Shown: positions 19,400-31,029, counted from the first letter of the stretch. The stretch: 64,000 nt of DNA from an uncultured delta proteobacterium (GCA_963772835.1 CAVYYZ010000024.1:64001-128000), one strand, 5' to 3'. A program made the numbers and translations. The notes: a model not told the origin generated them from the letters alone.

Positions 19400-22300
19400 A
19401 TGAAACAAAGCATTCTTGCGGCGCTTGCCGAACGTATTCTTGTCCTGGATGGTGCCATGGGCACCCAGATTCAGAACTGCAATCTGACCGCTGACGATTT
19501 CGGCGGTGCCGAATATGAAGGGTGTAACGAATATCTGACCATGACGCGTCCCGATGTGATCGAACATATCCACCGGGCCTATCTTGCCGCCGGAGCCGAT
19601 ATCGTGGAGTCCAACACTTTCGGCTCAACCGATATCGTTCTTGCGGAGTATGGTCTTCAAAAACAGGTCTTTGAGCTGAACCGGCAGGCCGCATTGATAG
19701 CCCGCCGCGCCTGCGATGCTTTTTCATCTCCTGACAAACCGCGGTGGGTGGCCGGTTCTATGGGGCCGACAACCCGCACTCTCTCCGTTACGGGGGGCGT
19801 GACTTTTGCTCAACTCGTTCAGGCTTTCCGGGGACAGACTCTGGGGCTGCTGGCGGGCGGGGTCGATCTGCTGCTGCTGGAGACCGCTCAGGACACCCTG
19901 AACCTGAAGGCCGCTGCCGAGGGGATCCGGCTGGCGTTTGAAGAGTGCGGAGAGCGGGTGCCTCTGATAATCTCCGGTACGATCGAACCGACCGGGACCA
20001 TGCTGGCCGGGCAGGGGGTTGAAGCGCTGTACACCAGTCTGGAGCATCTTGAGGGGAGTCTCGGGTTGATCTGCATCGGCCTGAACTGCGCCACCGGACC
20101 GGAATTCATGACCGATCATCTCCGGACGCTGTCGGAGCTGGCCTGCTGCCATGTTTCTGTCTATCCGAACGCTGGTCTGCCGGACGAGAACGGTCACTAC
20201 GCAGAATCGCCCGAATCTCTGGCCGCCAAGCTGTCCCGTTTTGTGGATGAGGGGTGGCTCAATATTGTCGGCGGCTGCTGCGGGACAACACCGGGCCACA
20301 TTGCCGCCATTGCCCGTATGGTTGCCGGCAAACCGCCCCGTCGTCCCGCAGCCATCCGCCGTCGCGCCGTCGCGGGAATTGAGACCCTGACTGTAGAAGA
20401 TGACGCCCGTCCGGTTCTGGTTGGTGAGCGCACCAACGTGATCGGATCCCGCAAGTTTAAAAACATGATTGTCGCGGAACGCTTTGAGGAGGGGGCTGAA
20501 ATTGCACGGGATCAGGTCAGGGGGGGCGCTCAGGTGATCGACGTCTGCGTGGCCAACCCGGATCGGGACGAAGCCTCCGATATGATACAGCTGCTGGCGT
20601 TCCTTCCCAATAAGGTGCGCGCACCGATCATGATCGATTCCACCGACCCTCACGTCATGGAGCTGGCGCTGCAGCGGCTGCAGGGGAAATGTCTGTTTAA
20701 CTCCATCAATCTGGAAGATGGAGAAGGGCGCTTTGCCCAGGTATCGGATCTGCTTCACCGTTATGGCGGTTCTGTGGTGGTAGGGTGCATCGACGAAGAC
20801 CCGCAGCATGGCATGGCGGTCACCCGGGAGCGCAAACTGGCGGTGGCCCGTCGCTCCTACGATCTGCTGGTGAACAAGTACGGGGTACGTCCGGAAGATC
20901 TGATTTTCGATCCGCTTGTCTTTCCGGTGGGGAGCGGCGACGCCAGCTATATCGGCTCGGCTCTGGAGACCATTGAAGGGGTGCGGCTGATTACGGAGGA
21001 ATTCCCGCACTGCAGTACGATCCTGGGTATCTCCAATATCTCCTTCGGTCTTCCTCTGCCCGGACGGGAGGTGCTGAACGCCGTCTTTATCCATCACTGC
21101 GTCAAGGCCGGCCTGACCTACGCCATAGTCAACACCGAAAAACTGGAACGCTTCGCTTCTATTCCTCCCGAGGAACTCCTCCTTTCAGAGGACCTGCTCT
21201 TCTGGCGCGGCCCCGATCCGGTGGCCGCCTTTGCCGCAGCCTTTCGCGACAAGAAACCGGTTTCCCACGCGCCGGCGGCGGAACTGCCGCTGGACGAGAG
21301 ATTGCCGCTTTACATTATTGAGGGAATCAAAAACGGTCTGGCCGCCGACCTCGACGCTGTTCTGGCACGTGGCGACAAGCCGCTTGAGATCATCAATGGA
21401 CCGCTGATGGCCGGAATGGCCGAAGTGGGGAGGCTGTTCAACGACAACCAGCTGATTGTGGCCGAGGTACTGCAGTCGGCCGAAGCGATGAAGGTTGCCG
21501 TGGCTCATTTGCAGCCGTATCTGGAGAAGGGAGAGAGTTCCAGCAAAGGGAAAATGCTGCTGGCGACGGTCAAGGGGGATGTACATGACATCGGCAAGAA
21601 TCTGGTGGAGATTATCCTTTCAAATAACGGCTTCCACGTTGTCAACCTGGGGATAAAGGTGGCTCCCGAAACGCTGATCGAGGCGGTGCGGCGTGAACAG
21701 CCGGACTTCATCGGCCTTTCAGGCCTGCTGGTTAAAAGTGCCCTGCAGATGGTGACCACTGCGGCAGATCTGAAGGAGGCCGGCATCGACGTGCCGTTGA
21801 TGGTGGGCGGCGCAGCACTTTCCCGGGCCTTTGCCGACAGCCGCATCGCTCCGGCATACAATGCCCCGGTGTTGTACGCAAAGGATGCCATGGCCGGTCT
21901 GGACATGGCAAACCGGCTGGCTGATCCTGCAGGGAGAGTGTCGCTGCTGGAAGAACTGGCCCAGAGGCAGCAGGCTGCGTCTGCGGTGACGTCTGCCGGC
22001 ACTGTACAAGTTCAGGCTGCCGCAGCAGGCTGCGCTCGATCAGCGCTACAGGTGGATGCACCGGTTTTGGCTCCGCCGGATTATGAATGCCATATTCTGC
22101 GCGACATCCCTTTACAGCAGATAATTCCTTACCTCAATCGACAGATGCTCTACACCAAGCATCTGGGTTTGACCGGTTCGGTTGAAAAACTGCTGAATGC
22201 CGGGGATGAAAAGACGCTCAAGCTGCACGGTACAGTGGAGGAGATGCTGGCGCGCGTTGAACGGGAACGGTTGATCCGGCCGCAGGCCCTGTACCGTTTC

Positions 22301-22864
22301 TATCCGGCCAATAGCGAAGGTAATGACCTGATCCTGTTCGACACTGTCGATCAAAACAGTGAACTCATGCGCATCAATTTCCCGCGGCAGGCGGCTGGTG
22401 AGCGTCTCTGTGTAGCGGATTTTGTCCGGCCTGATGACGCTGCAGTACGGGACAATATGGCGCTCTTCGTAGTCAGCTGTGGACGGGGCATCCGGGAGAG
22501 TAGCGAGGCGATGAAGGAAGCGGGAGAGTATCTGAATTCGCACCTGCTGCAGGCACTGGCCCTGGAGCTGGCGGAGGCCACAGCGGAGTTTGTACACAAG
22601 CGGATCCGCACATCATGGGGCATCGTCGATGACCCCTCACTGAGCATGAAGCAGCTGTACAACGCCGAATACCACGGTATCCGGGTCTCTTTCGGCTATC
22701 CTGCGTGCCCGGAACTGGCGGATCAGCAGAAGCTGTTCCGGCTGTTGAAGCCGGAGGCAATCGGTGTTCAGTTGACTGATGGTGACATGATGGATCCGGA
22801 GGCCAGCGTCTCGGCGCTGGTGTTTCATCATCCCCAGGGACGCTATTTTGATGTTTCACGCTGA
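19400..22864 (+). CDS. metH: Cobalamin-dependent methionine synthase
   Basis: [48 protein letters not shown]. Confidence 0.96.
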   Translation: MKQSILAALAERILVLDGAMGTQIQNCNLTADDFGGAEYEGCNEYLTMTRPDVIEHIHRAYLAAGADIVESNTFGSTDIVLAEYGLQKQVFELNRQAALIARRACDAFSSPDKPRWVAGSMGPTTRTLSVTGGVTFAQLVQAFRGQTLGLLAGGVDLLLLETAQDTLNLKAAAEGIRLAFEECGERVPLIISGTIEPTGTMLAGQGVEALYTSLEHLEGSLGLICIGLNCATGPEFMTDHLRTLSELACCHVSVYPNAGLPDENGHYAESPESLAAKLSRFVDEGWLNIVGGCCGTTPGHIAAIARMVAGKPPRRPAAIRRRAVAGIETLTVEDDARPVLVGERTNVIGSRKFKNMIVAERFEEGAEIARDQVRGGAQVIDVCVANPDRDEASDMIQLLAFLPNKVRAPIMIDSTDPHVMELALQRLQGKCLFNSINLEDGEGRFAQVSDLLHRYGGSVVVGCIDEDPQHGMAVTRERKLAVARRSYDLLVNKYGVRPEDLIFDPLVFPVGSGDASYIGSALETIEGVRLITEEFPHCSTILGISNISFGLPLPGREVLNAVFIHHCVKAGLTYAIVNTEKLERFASIPPEELLLSEDLLFWRGPDPVAAFAAAFRDKKPVSHAPAAELPLDERLPLYIIEGIKNGLAADLDAVLARGDKPLEIINGPLMAGMAEVGRLFNDNQLIVAEVLQSAEAMKVAVAHLQPYLEKGESSSKGKMLLATVKGDVHDIGKNLVEIILSNNGFHVVNLGIKVAPETLIEAVRREQPDFIGLSGLLVKSALQMVTTAADLKEAGIDVPLMVGGAALSRAFADSRIAPAYNAPVLYAKDAMAGLDMANRLADPAGRVSLLEELAQRQQAASAVTSAGTVQVQAAAAGCARSALQVDAPVLAPPDYECHILRDIPLQQIIPYLNRQMLYTKHLGLTGSVEKLLNAGDEKTLKLHGTVEEMLARVERERLIRPQALYRFYPANSEGNDLILFDTVDQNSELMRINFPRQAAGERLCVADFVRPDDAAVRDNMALFVVSCGRGIRESSEAMKEAGEYLNSHLLQALALELAEATAEFVHKRIRTSWGIVDDPSLSMKQLYNAEYHGIRVSFGYPACPELADQQKLFRLLKPEAIGVQLTDGDMMDPEASVSALVFHHPQGRYFDVSR

Positions 22865-22879
22865 ACAGCAAGGATAATC

Positions 22880-23248
22880 ATGCCGCCGCAACCCGGAGTC
22901 ACAAATCCTCTGACGCGCTGCTATACGATTACCTCCGCCATACTGTTGGCCGGGTTCGGCAGCGCCGTCGTCATGTATCTGACTGCGGCTGAGGTGCCGC
23001 TCAACCCTTTAACGGAGTTCGAGAAGTCAAAAAAATTTGCCTATGAACTTGAAAGGATGGGGGGAAAGGCGGCGCTTGCGGCGCATGACTTTAACACGTG
23101 GTTTACCGGACTCTGGCAGGGGAAAACGCTTTCATTCACTGTCGCCGTTATCACGACCCTCGTTGCCGCAGGGTATTATTTCATTGCCACCGGGCTTGAT
23201 GCTGAAGCCCGAAATAAAGCGAATGAGAGCCCCCGTCAAGAAGAGTGA
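22880..23248 (+). CDS. Small two-TM membrane protein of unknown function
   Basis: AAGGA RBS, 15 nt after metH, two hydrophobic segments. Confidence 0.65.
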   Translation: MPPQPGVTNPLTRCYTITSAILLAGFGSAVVMYLTAAEVPLNPLTEFEKSKKFAYELERMGGKAALAAHDFNTWFTGLWQGKTLSFTVAVITTLVAAGYYFIATGLDAEARNKANESPRQEE

Positions 23249-23253
23249 ACCGG

Positions 23254-24900
23254 TCAGACCCTCGCCAGAATTTTCAACAGGTGAGGCACCATCTGTTTTT
23301 TGCGGGACATGACGTTCTTCAGCTCATACAGGTGCGGTTCCAGTTGCGGATATTCCATGACATGGGCGATGCGGGTATGCCCTTCCACCAGAAAGAGTGT
23401 TGTTTCGGTGGTAATATCGGTCACCATCAGCCCGGCGATGAAGAGATTGTCGCGCCGTTTGACCTCTGCCAGAGCGGCCAGCAACTCCTCTTTCATGCTG
23501 TAGAACTCCTCGAAACCGATCACTTCCACCTGCCCGAGCCCGATGCTGAATTTCTCATGCGTAAAGAGCTTGAAGTCGGCTGCTACGACCCGGTCTACCG
23601 AACCGTAATTTTTCAGCGAACTGCTGGCGGCAAAAATATCGCGGCCGAAATCAACGGCAACGAGTCCCGAACAGCTCTCCAGCCAGGCGGCCATCTGGTG
23701 GTCGGCGTCAGTTGTGGTGGGTGATTTGAGGATCACCGTGTCTGACAGTATCCCGGCGAGGAGCAGCGCGGCTATGGCCCGGTCCGGTTCAATGCTGTTT
23801 TCACGGTAGCGCCGTGCCACCAGGGTGCAGGTGCTGCCGACCGGTGAGGTGATAAAGGAGATCGGGGAATTCGAGTGGTTATTACCCAGCTTGTGGTGGT
23901 CGATGACTTCGGTGATTTCCACCAGTTCGGCTCCCGGTACCGCCTGTCCCAATTCGTTGTGATCCACCAGTATCAACCGGTACGGAAGAGGTGCGAGGAG
24001 GGACGACTTGGTCGCGACTCCGGCCAGAGTTCCATCGCTTTCCAGAGCGAGCACCGCCGGCACCTGTGCTCCCATCAGTTTTTGGCGCAGAGCGATAAGT
24101 GATTTATCCACCCCGATGCCGACAAATTCGCTTTCGGCAAGGAACGTAACCGGTGTGGAGAGTCGAGCAAGCCAGGCGGCAGTTGCAGTGTCATGGGGGG
24201 TCAACAATACGGAAACCCCCTGTTTTTGCGCCAATTCCAGCAGATCGTCTTCCAAACTGTGCCCGCCGGTTACCACAAGAACCCTCACGCCGCGTTCAAT
24301 GGCGGCCAGCTGGATAGTGCGGCGATTGCCGGTCATTATCAGCAGATCTCGAGGGTTATAGCCGTCGATCATGCTGCTGAATGACTCTTCAAGCATCGCT
24401 CCGATGAACAGGCTCAGGGTAATAATATCATCGGGGCAGGCCCCGGCTGCAAATCGTGCGGCGAGGGTTCTGGCCAGGCTCGGCATACTGGTCGTGACCT
24501 GACGGTGTTTGTCCTTACAGGGGAGCAGATAACTTTCCGACAGCCGCAGCAGTGAGATCATCCCGCACGGTCTGTTTTCGGTATTGATCACCGGCAGCAC
24601 CCGGACACCGCTTTTGTTAAACAGTTCCAGTGCTTCATACGCCGAAGCCTGGCGGCTGACTGTCACCGGCTGCCGCTTGATTGTGTCGCGGACTTTGGGG
24701 TGCACATCTGCGAGAAAAAGCGGATCAGGAATCTTGAGCCGGTCGAGGATATAGCGGGTCTGGGGGTTGGGGGCACCGGCCATTGCCGCAACAACGGTGC
24801 CGTCTCCGAGCCGCTTTTTCAGGGCGGTGTATCCGATAGCGGAGGCGATTGAGTCGGTGTCAGGGTTGCGGTGGCCGATAACATAGGTGGTTTTGATCAT
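23254..24900 (-). CDS. ppaC: Mn-dependent family II inorganic pyrophosphatase with CBS-DRTGG insert
   Basis: GHRNPDTDS, CBS/DRTGG, LVDHNE, IDHH, ILSDT, SRKKQMVP. Confidence 0.92.
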   Translation of the reverse strand: MIKTTYVIGHRNPDTDSIASAIGYTALKKRLGDGTVVAAMAGAPNPQTRYILDRLKIPDPLFLADVHPKVRDTIKRQPVTVSRQASAYEALELFNKSGVRVLPVINTENRPCGMISLLRLSESYLLPCKDKHRQVTTSMPSLARTLAARFAAGACPDDIITLSLFIGAMLEESFSSMIDGYNPRDLLIMTGNRRTIQLAAIERGVRVLVVTGGHSLEDDLLELAQKQGVSVLLTPHDTATAAWLARLSTPVTFLAESEFVGIGVDKSLIALRQKLMGAQVPAVLALESDGTLAGVATKSSLLAPLPYRLILVDHNELGQAVPGAELVEITEVIDHHKLGNNHSNSPISFITSPVGSTCTLVARRYRENSIEPDRAIAALLLAGILSDTVILKSPTTTDADHQMAAWLESCSGLVAVDFGRDIFAASSSLKNYGSVDRVVAADFKLFTHEKFSIGLGQVEVIGFEEFYSMKEELLAALAEVKRRDNLFIAGLMVTDITTETTLFLVEGHTRIAHVMEYPQLEPHLYELKNVMSRKKQMVPHLLKILARV

Positions 24901-24921
24901 GATATTCTCACTGGTTTGAAT

Positions 24922-25824
24922 TTACTGGTTTTTCCAGTCTCTGCTGCGGGCGGCAAATTGAAGGGTTTCCACCTCTTTGAGGATCTCCATGTACGTGGCG
25001 TATCGTTCTTCAGAAATTCGCCCCTGCCCGACAAGTGCGAGGACTGCACACCCCGGCTCGGAATGGTGCCGGCAGTTGCGGAATTTGCACGGTACATCAC
25101 GGTGCTCTTCAAAACCGGGAAAGTATTCGGCCAGCTCTTCGACCGATATGTCCACCAGGCCGAAATCCCGGAAACCGGGGGTATCCACAAGTTCGCCGCC
25201 GCCGGCAAGTGCATGCAGCGTGGAAACGGTCGTAGTGTGCCTCCCCATGCTTTTGTAGAGACTGAGGCTTCCTACTTTAAGGTCGATATCCGGACAGAGT
25301 GCGTTCAAAAGAGAGCTCTTGCCGACTCCGGTCGTGCCGACAAAGGCTCCGCGATGCCCTTCGCTCAGGAATTCCTCTAACGGGGCAAGTCCTATTCGCT
25401 CGGCAGCACTGATCGGGAAAATCTCGACCGAGCCGCTATACAGTCTTCTCAGCTCTGCCAGCAGTTCTGTCGTGCCGTCGAGATCACATTTATTAACAAC
25501 CAGAAACGGCTGCAGCTTTGCTGACTGCGCGGCAACAATCGCCCGATCGATAAAGCCGCCTGGCGACAGCGGTGCGACAACAATCCCGAGTACGTCCAGG
25601 TTGGCACCTACCAGATGAATGCCTCCCCGGGCATCACGCCTCTGGAGCTCTGTTCTGCGCGGCAGGCGTTTCAGAACCTCACCGGTTACTACAACGTTAT
25701 CCCCGACTACATGTCCGGAGTTGCGCTTGACCCGCACCATTCTGCGTTGGCCGTTTTCGAACAATACCTCAACAGAGATACCGTGATGTGCTACAATCAA
25801 GCCGTTAGGCGAAAAACTGTCCAT
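24922..25824 (-). CDS. rsgA: Ribosome small-subunit GTPase A
   Basis: Circularly permuted NKCD, GTTGVGKS, GRHTTT, DTPG; CKFRNCRHHSEPGC zinc motif. Confidence 0.9.
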   Translation of the reverse strand: MDSFSPNGLIVAHHGISVEVLFENGQRRMVRVKRNSGHVVGDNVVVTGEVLKRLPRRTELQRRDARGGIHLVGANLDVLGIVVAPLSPGGFIDRAIVAAQSAKLQPFLVVNKCDLDGTTELLAELRRLYSGSVEIFPISAAERIGLAPLEEFLSEGHRGAFVGTTGVGKSSLLNALCPDIDLKVGSLSLYKSMGRHTTTVSTLHALAGGGELVDTPGFRDFGLVDISVEELAEYFPGFEEHRDVPCKFRNCRHHSEPGCAVLALVGQGRISEERYATYMEILKEVETLQFAARSRDWKNQ

Positions 25825-25988
25825 TGGGTCTGGTTCCGTTTTCTCTGATGTATCTGCCGGACAGAAGGTGCCGGGTTGACAGCTGGCAATAAATCTAACA
25901 TACAAATTTAGAATAACCTAGCACGGCCGGGAAAATAGGGCCATCATATCCGTATAATTGAACTGTGCCGTACAACGGGAGGTATACA

Positions 25989-26975
25989 ATGACCGAAAAC
26001 CGCCATCCGTTTCAGCGACTTACCCCGACTTTTGTCATGGACGCCGTAGAAAGTTGCGGTTTTAACTGCGATCGTCGCATATTTGCCCTTAACAGCTATG
26101 AAAATCGCGTCTATCAGGTCGGGATCGATGAGTCGCAGCCGCTGATTGCTAAATTCTACCGTCCGGATCGCTGGAGCAGAGAACAGATTCTGGAGGAGCA
26201 CAGTTTTTGCTTTGAGCTTGTTGAACATGAGCTCCCTATTGTTGCCCCGCTCAAAAATTCCGACGGGACAAGTCTGCTGAGCTTCGACGGGTTTCTCTTT
26301 GCCCTGTACCCGCGGCAGGGGGGGCATGCCCCGGAGTTTGACAATCTTGATAATCTGAAAATACTGGGGCGACTGCTGGGAAGGATACACGGCGCAGGAG
26401 CGGTGAAACCGTTTGACCATCGCCCGGTTCTGGACAGGCAGAGCTTTGGTACAGAAAGCGTACGCCTCATTGAAGAGCACTTCATCCCTGCTGAGTACCG
26501 GGCCAGTTATAGTGCCGTGACAGGGCAGCTTCTGGAGGCTATCGATACAATTCTTGCCGAGGTCGGTCCGGTCCGCAGCATCCGGACCCATGGCGACTGT
26601 CATGCCGGGAATATTCTCTGGCGTGACAACGCTCCCCATTTTGTCGATTTTGATGATGCCCGTATGGCGCCGGCTGTGCAGGATCTCTGGATGATGTTTT
26701 CCGGAGAGCGCCCCCGGCAGCTGGCACAACTGGATTCGTTACTGGAAGGGTACCGGGAATTCAATGATTTCGATCATCGGGAACTGCGCCTGATTGAACC
26801 GCTGCGGACGCTGCGTATGCTGCATTACAGCGCCTGGCTGGCCCGGCGCTGGGGGGATCCGCTGTTTCCGCACACATTCTTCTGGTTTAACACCACCAGG
26901 TACTGGGGAGAGCATATTCTGGAATTGCGCGAACAGTTGGCTGCATTGAGTGAACCGGCTCTAGAGGTACAGTGA
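25989..26975 (+). CDS. srkA: Stress-response Ser/Thr kinase SrkA/RdoA
   Basis: LNSYENRVYQ, KFYRPDRW, HGDCHAGN, DFDD, AVQDLWM. Confidence 0.92.
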   Translation: MTENRHPFQRLTPTFVMDAVESCGFNCDRRIFALNSYENRVYQVGIDESQPLIAKFYRPDRWSREQILEEHSFCFELVEHELPIVAPLKNSDGTSLLSFDGFLFALYPRQGGHAPEFDNLDNLKILGRLLGRIHGAGAVKPFDHRPVLDRQSFGTESVRLIEEHFIPAEYRASYSAVTGQLLEAIDTILAEVGPVRSIRTHGDCHAGNILWRDNAPHFVDFDDARMAPAVQDLWMMFSGERPRQLAQLDSLLEGYREFNDFDHRELRLIEPLRTLRMLHYSAWLARRWGDPLFPHTFFWFNTTRYWGEHILELREQLAALSEPALEVQ

Positions 26976-27059
26976 GTGCAGGAATATTTTCAAAAACGCT
27001 TCCATAAGATAGTGATATCGATCCGTTGCACGTATATTGTTTAAATACACGGAGTCTGT

Positions 27060-28112
27060 ATGCCCCGAATTATCTCAGTAGCTCATGCATTACCTCCGCA
27101 TGTCGTACCACAGCGTACGGTCAGGGAGACCGTGCGCCAGGTCTTTGCAGATTCAGTTGAAGATCTGGATCGGCTGCTGAAAGTTTTCGACAATTCCCGC
27201 ATTGAAAACCGCCAGTTTATGATGCCGCTGGCATGGTACCTTGAACCCCGCAGTCAGTTGGAACGCACCCAGGTCTTCCAGCAGCAGGGTCTTGCACTCA
27301 TGTTCGAAGCGTCCCGCTCCTGTCTGGACCGGGCCGGATGCCGTCCAGAGCAGGTTGATCAGGTTATTTTCGTATCTTCCACCGGTCACGCAACTCCAAC
27401 CCTGGATGCCCATCTCGTCAATCTGCTGGGGATGAGACCCTCTACCTCACGTATGCCGCTCTGGGGACTGGGGTGCGCCGCCGGTGCGGCAGGCTTGTCC
27501 CGGGCCAATGATCATTGCCTGGCCCACCCGGCGCACCGTGTACTGCTGGTCGCGCTGGAATGCTGCAGCCTGACTTTCCTGGCCGGTGACGTGACGAAAA
27601 AAAATCTGGTTGCAACATCACTGTTTGCCGATGGAGCTGCGGCTGTGCTTGTCGGTGGCGATCTGGCGGGGGGTGACGGCCCTTCTATCATCGGGACCCG
27701 CTCACACCTCTTTCCGGACAGCTACCGGATTATGGGGTGGGATTTTCAGAATGAGGGAATGCAGCTGGTTCTGTCTCCCCGGTTGCCGCTGGTTGTCAGG
27801 CAGGAGCTGCCGGCTCTGGTAAAGGACTTCCTGTCCGGACATAATCTGTCGCTTCAAGACCTTGTACACTTCATCACTCATCCCGGCGGCGCCCGGGTGG
27901 TGGATGCCTATCGGGAGGCTCTGCGGCTTTCAGATGATCATCTGCGACAAACGGAGGATGTGCTCCGTCTGCACGGCAATATATCGTCTGTCTCTGTTCT
28001 ATTGGTGCTGGAACAGTGGCTCGAAGCGGGGGGAATGAAGTCCACTGGTTACGGCCTTCTGTCGGCATTCGGGCCGGGGTTCTCTGCCGAGCTTCTCCTT
28101 TTTAAGGTGTAA
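27060..28112 (+). CDS. Type III polyketide synthase (BpsA/SrsA-like)
   Basis: Cys-His-Asn triad in GLGCAAG, HPGG, GNISS; LFADGAAA, AFGPGF. Confidence 0.92.
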   Translation: MPRIISVAHALPPHVVPQRTVRETVRQVFADSVEDLDRLLKVFDNSRIENRQFMMPLAWYLEPRSQLERTQVFQQQGLALMFEASRSCLDRAGCRPEQVDQVIFVSSTGHATPTLDAHLVNLLGMRPSTSRMPLWGLGCAAGAAGLSRANDHCLAHPAHRVLLVALECCSLTFLAGDVTKKNLVATSLFADGAAAVLVGGDLAGGDGPSIIGTRSHLFPDSYRIMGWDFQNEGMQLVLSPRLPLVVRQELPALVKDFLSGHNLSLQDLVHFITHPGGARVVDAYREALRLSDDHLRQTEDVLRLHGNISSVSVLLVLEQWLEAGGMKSTGYGLLSAFGPGFSAELLLFKV

Positions 28113-28113
28113 C

Positions 28114-28644
28114 ATGTATCTACTCTGGGTTTTCGTATATCTGCTCCTGGAGCGGTTCTTCGAACTCTTTCTTTCCCGCAGGCATTGTCAGGCAGTTGCA
28201 CTCCGCGGCGGCAGAGAGTTTTACCCGGAAACGTACCCCCGTATGGTAGCTCTGCACGCCGGATTCTTTCTGGCACTGTTCGGAGAGTCGTATCCCTGGC
28301 ACGTCCCCGCAGGAATCGTTACTTTCTCACTGCTGACTCTGTTCGTTCTGCTCCAGGGGGCGCGCTACTGGTGTATCGCCAGCCTCGGTGAATGTTGGAA
28401 TACCCGCATAGTGCTGGTCCCGGGCGGAAATGTGAAGAAAACGGGGCCGTATCGTCTACTTTCCCATCCAAATTACCTGGTAGTGACCTTGGAATTTCTC
28501 ATCCTCCCCCTGCTCATGCATGCACCGTATACTCTGGCACTCTTCTTCCCGCTTAATCTCCTGGTCGTGCGCCAGCGTATCCGGCTGGAGGAAAAATCTC
28601 TCCGGGAATTCACCGACTACAGCGAGCAATTTCCCCAAAGGTAA
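28114..28644 (+). CDS. ICMT-family membrane methyltransferase (BpsB/SrsB-like)
   Basis: SLGECWNTRI, GPYRLLSHPNY, RIRLEE; 1 nt after the PKS stop. Confidence 0.88.
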   Translation: MYLLWVFVYLLLERFFELFLSRRHCQAVALRGGREFYPETYPRMVALHAGFFLALFGESYPWHVPAGIVTFSLLTLFVLLQGARYWCIASLGECWNTRIVLVPGGNVKKTGPYRLLSHPNYLVVTLEFLILPLLMHAPYTLALFFPLNLLVVRQRIRLEEKSLREFTDYSEQFPQR

Positions 28645-28730
28645 TATGATCTGCCCTTCAGGTTTTCCCGGTGAGGATCAATGAGTAGGTATTCACGGTA
28701 TCACGTTCAAATATATCAAGGCGGTTATCG

Positions 28731-29558
28731 CTATTTAAAATATTCCGAATGAATAGAGCCGCTCAGCGTCGCCATACCAAAGAGGGTCACCAGTGAAACT
28801 ACAAAGCAGGCAATAAAGAACCATGCCGCCCTTGTCCCCTTCCAGGCGAAAAAACGCCGCAGGTGCAGATATGCCGCGAACATCAGGCAGGTGATAAGCG
28901 ACCACGTTTCCGTTACATCCCACCCCCAGAACCGCCCCCATGATTGATACGCCCAGATTGAGCCGGCCAGCATCCCGATGGTCCAGAATATAAAACCGAA
29001 TCCTGCAAAACGGTAACTGTAGATATCAAGCGTATCCAGGGATGGCAGGCGTTGAAGCCAGCCGCTGTCTCTCCTCTTTTTAAGCAGATAAAACAGGGAA
29101 CACGTACAGCTGATTACCAGCGTCGCGAGCGCTATTTTGTAGAGACCGATGTGAATGACAAGCCAGACGCTACGGAATGTTGCCGGGAGAGTGCGGATGC
29201 CGGGATTATAAAAAAGTGACAGCGCCAGCAGAAGAAATGCCAATGGGAATGCCACAATACTGGTGGTTTTGATGCGCGGATAGAGCCGGGAAAAAATGAA
29301 GTAACCGCTTATTATCATCCATGCGTCAGACGAGAGCACTTCGCTGGGGGCCATGTACGGGCCATGCCCGACCTCAACCCACCAGAGAATCATGATGATG
29401 CTGTGCAGTGTTAATCCGGCAAGTGCGATCCGGTGGCCCCAGGTTTCCAACTGTTCCCGTTTGAAAATGACAGCTGATGCATTGGTGATCGTCGCCGCTA
29501 CGTACAGAATGACCGCGCACCATGTTGTCGAAACGTACAGCTCCAATGGCAGCTTCAT
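28731..29558 (-). CDS. ccsA: System II cytochrome c synthase ResC/CcsA
   Basis: Multi-TM; WWD motif GSIWAYQSWGRFWGWDVTETW; conserved His in IHI, YLH and SIHS. Confidence 0.92.
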   Translation of the reverse strand: MKLPLELYVSTTWCAVILYVAATITNASAVIFKREQLETWGHRIALAGLTLHSIIMILWWVEVGHGPYMAPSEVLSSDAWMIISGYFIFSRLYPRIKTTSIVAFPLAFLLLALSLFYNPGIRTLPATFRSVWLVIHIGLYKIALATLVISCTCSLFYLLKKRRDSGWLQRLPSLDTLDIYSYRFAGFGFIFWTIGMLAGSIWAYQSWGRFWGWDVTETWSLITCLMFAAYLHLRRFFAWKGTRAAWFFIACFVVSLVTLFGMATLSGSIHSEYFK

Positions 29559-30877
29559 AAGGTCCTTTCCTGTTTCAGATTTTGTGAGATCTCATCGCGC
29601 TCATCTACATAGAAATCCTTGAAGGCAACAGCTTTCCAGTATACTTTATACGACCCATCGGCTTGTTTGACGCCAATCAATTCCCGGGGAGGAGTCATGT
29701 AGTGGATCACCCCGCCGAGCATGATAATGGCAAATCCTGTGAATATCAGCGACATTCCGCTGATATCGACAATGATCAGCTTTGCCCACTTTTCACTCTT
29801 GAGCAGTTGTACCCGGTACTCTCCCAACACTCCGGTGCTTCCCGACGTTAACTCAGTCCGGGCAATTTCCTTTTCTCCTTCAAGCATGCGTATGTAAAGC
29901 TGAGGGTTGGCGCTCAGCATGGACTTTTTTTCCGCATCGGCATAATACTTCACTGCGTACAGATACGGTGACCAGGCTACGCTGAATTCTGAACTGTATC
30001 CTGCGTTATCCAGGCCAACCGGCTGTTGCGCAAAAATCCTTTCTGTATGCGCAGCGCCCGACGTGTCTGTAAAGGTTACCGTGAAAGCATCGCCATGTTG
30101 TGACGCATGGTAGATACGCAGACCGTTATACCGGCAGATTCTGTTGATTGATGCCGTAAATGAGTCAACCGTACCGGTTTTTCCGGTTATCGAAATATCA
30201 GACAGTACATCAGTCGGCTGATTCATACTGTCAAATCGAACCGTGACTTTTTCAAGACGGACAGTTCCGGGCATCCGCAGGGGCGAAGACAGAATGCCGT
30301 GCTCGGAGGCATCCCACGGCTTGACCATGTCACGCGTTTCACCTTCAACAAGAATCAGTGCCCCTTGTCGTCCGGTCAACGAGACATACAGTGAAACGGC
30401 TATAACCAGAGTCATCCCGACATGCAACATCCAGATGCCAAAATATCCCCAGGGATTTCTAACAAACTTCAACAGTTCATCTGAATGTGTCTGAAGCGCC
30501 CGATACCTGTGGGAGCGGGCAACGGAACCTAACTGTCCACTGGTAACATTCCCCGCAATTTCACTGCCCGTACCGGGAACAGTCGAAAAGAGTCTTTTCC
30601 GCGAAACGGTCCATTGGTCGAGAGAAGAAATTCCCAGAGAGAGGGAAGCACATAAAATAACGACGGCAAACCAGGGCTGTGAATATATTTCGTGAAGATG
30701 AGCTCCGTCAATCAGCCAGAGAAGACTTGCATGTGTCCTGCGCCAGGCCTCAACTTTATCCGGAGTTGAATCAATCTCCTGAGGAATGAGTGTTGAACAA
30801 TACATCAACGCCGCAAGCAAAAGAATGAGTCCGAGGGATATGCGTCGCGCGGTTAATAGCTGTTTGAGTTTGTTCAC
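29555..30877 (-). CDS. resB: System II cytochrome c biogenesis protein ResB/CcsB
   Basis: STLIPQ, IYSQPWF, His-containing TM, large periplasmic domain; ATGA overlap with ccsA; GTG start. Confidence 0.85.
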   Translation of the reverse strand: MNKLKQLLTARRISLGLILLLAALMYCSTLIPQEIDSTPDKVEAWRRTHASLLWLIDGAHLHEIYSQPWFAVVILCASLSLGISSLDQWTVSRKRLFSTVPGTGSEIAGNVTSGQLGSVARSHRYRALQTHSDELLKFVRNPWGYFGIWMLHVGMTLVIAVSLYVSLTGRQGALILVEGETRDMVKPWDASEHGILSSPLRMPGTVRLEKVTVRFDSMNQPTDVLSDISITGKTGTVDSFTASINRICRYNGLRIYHASQHGDAFTVTFTDTSGAAHTERIFAQQPVGLDNAGYSSEFSVAWSPYLYAVKYYADAEKKSMLSANPQLYIRMLEGEKEIARTELTSGSTGVLGEYRVQLLKSEKWAKLIIVDISGMSLIFTGFAIIMLGGVIHYMTPPRELIGVKQADGSYKVYWKAVAFKDFYVDERDEISQNLKQERTL

Positions 30878-30947
30878 GAGTCAATCTTCCCTGGCTGAAT
30901 TGTACTACAGTATATCACCATTATTGGCCGCCGCATGCTGCGGAGGA

Positions 30948-30985
30948 TAGTAAAAAGGCCGGGCAAAAGCCCGGCCTTTTTACTA
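30948..30985. terminator. Intrinsic terminator after the multiheme cytochrome gene
   Basis: TAGTAAAAAGGCCGGGC-AAAA-GCCCGGCCTTTTTACTA. Confidence 0.85.
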
Positions 30986-31029
30986 CCTTCGATCAGTGAA
31001 TTACTTTAGACGTGAATCCGAAGTCATTC

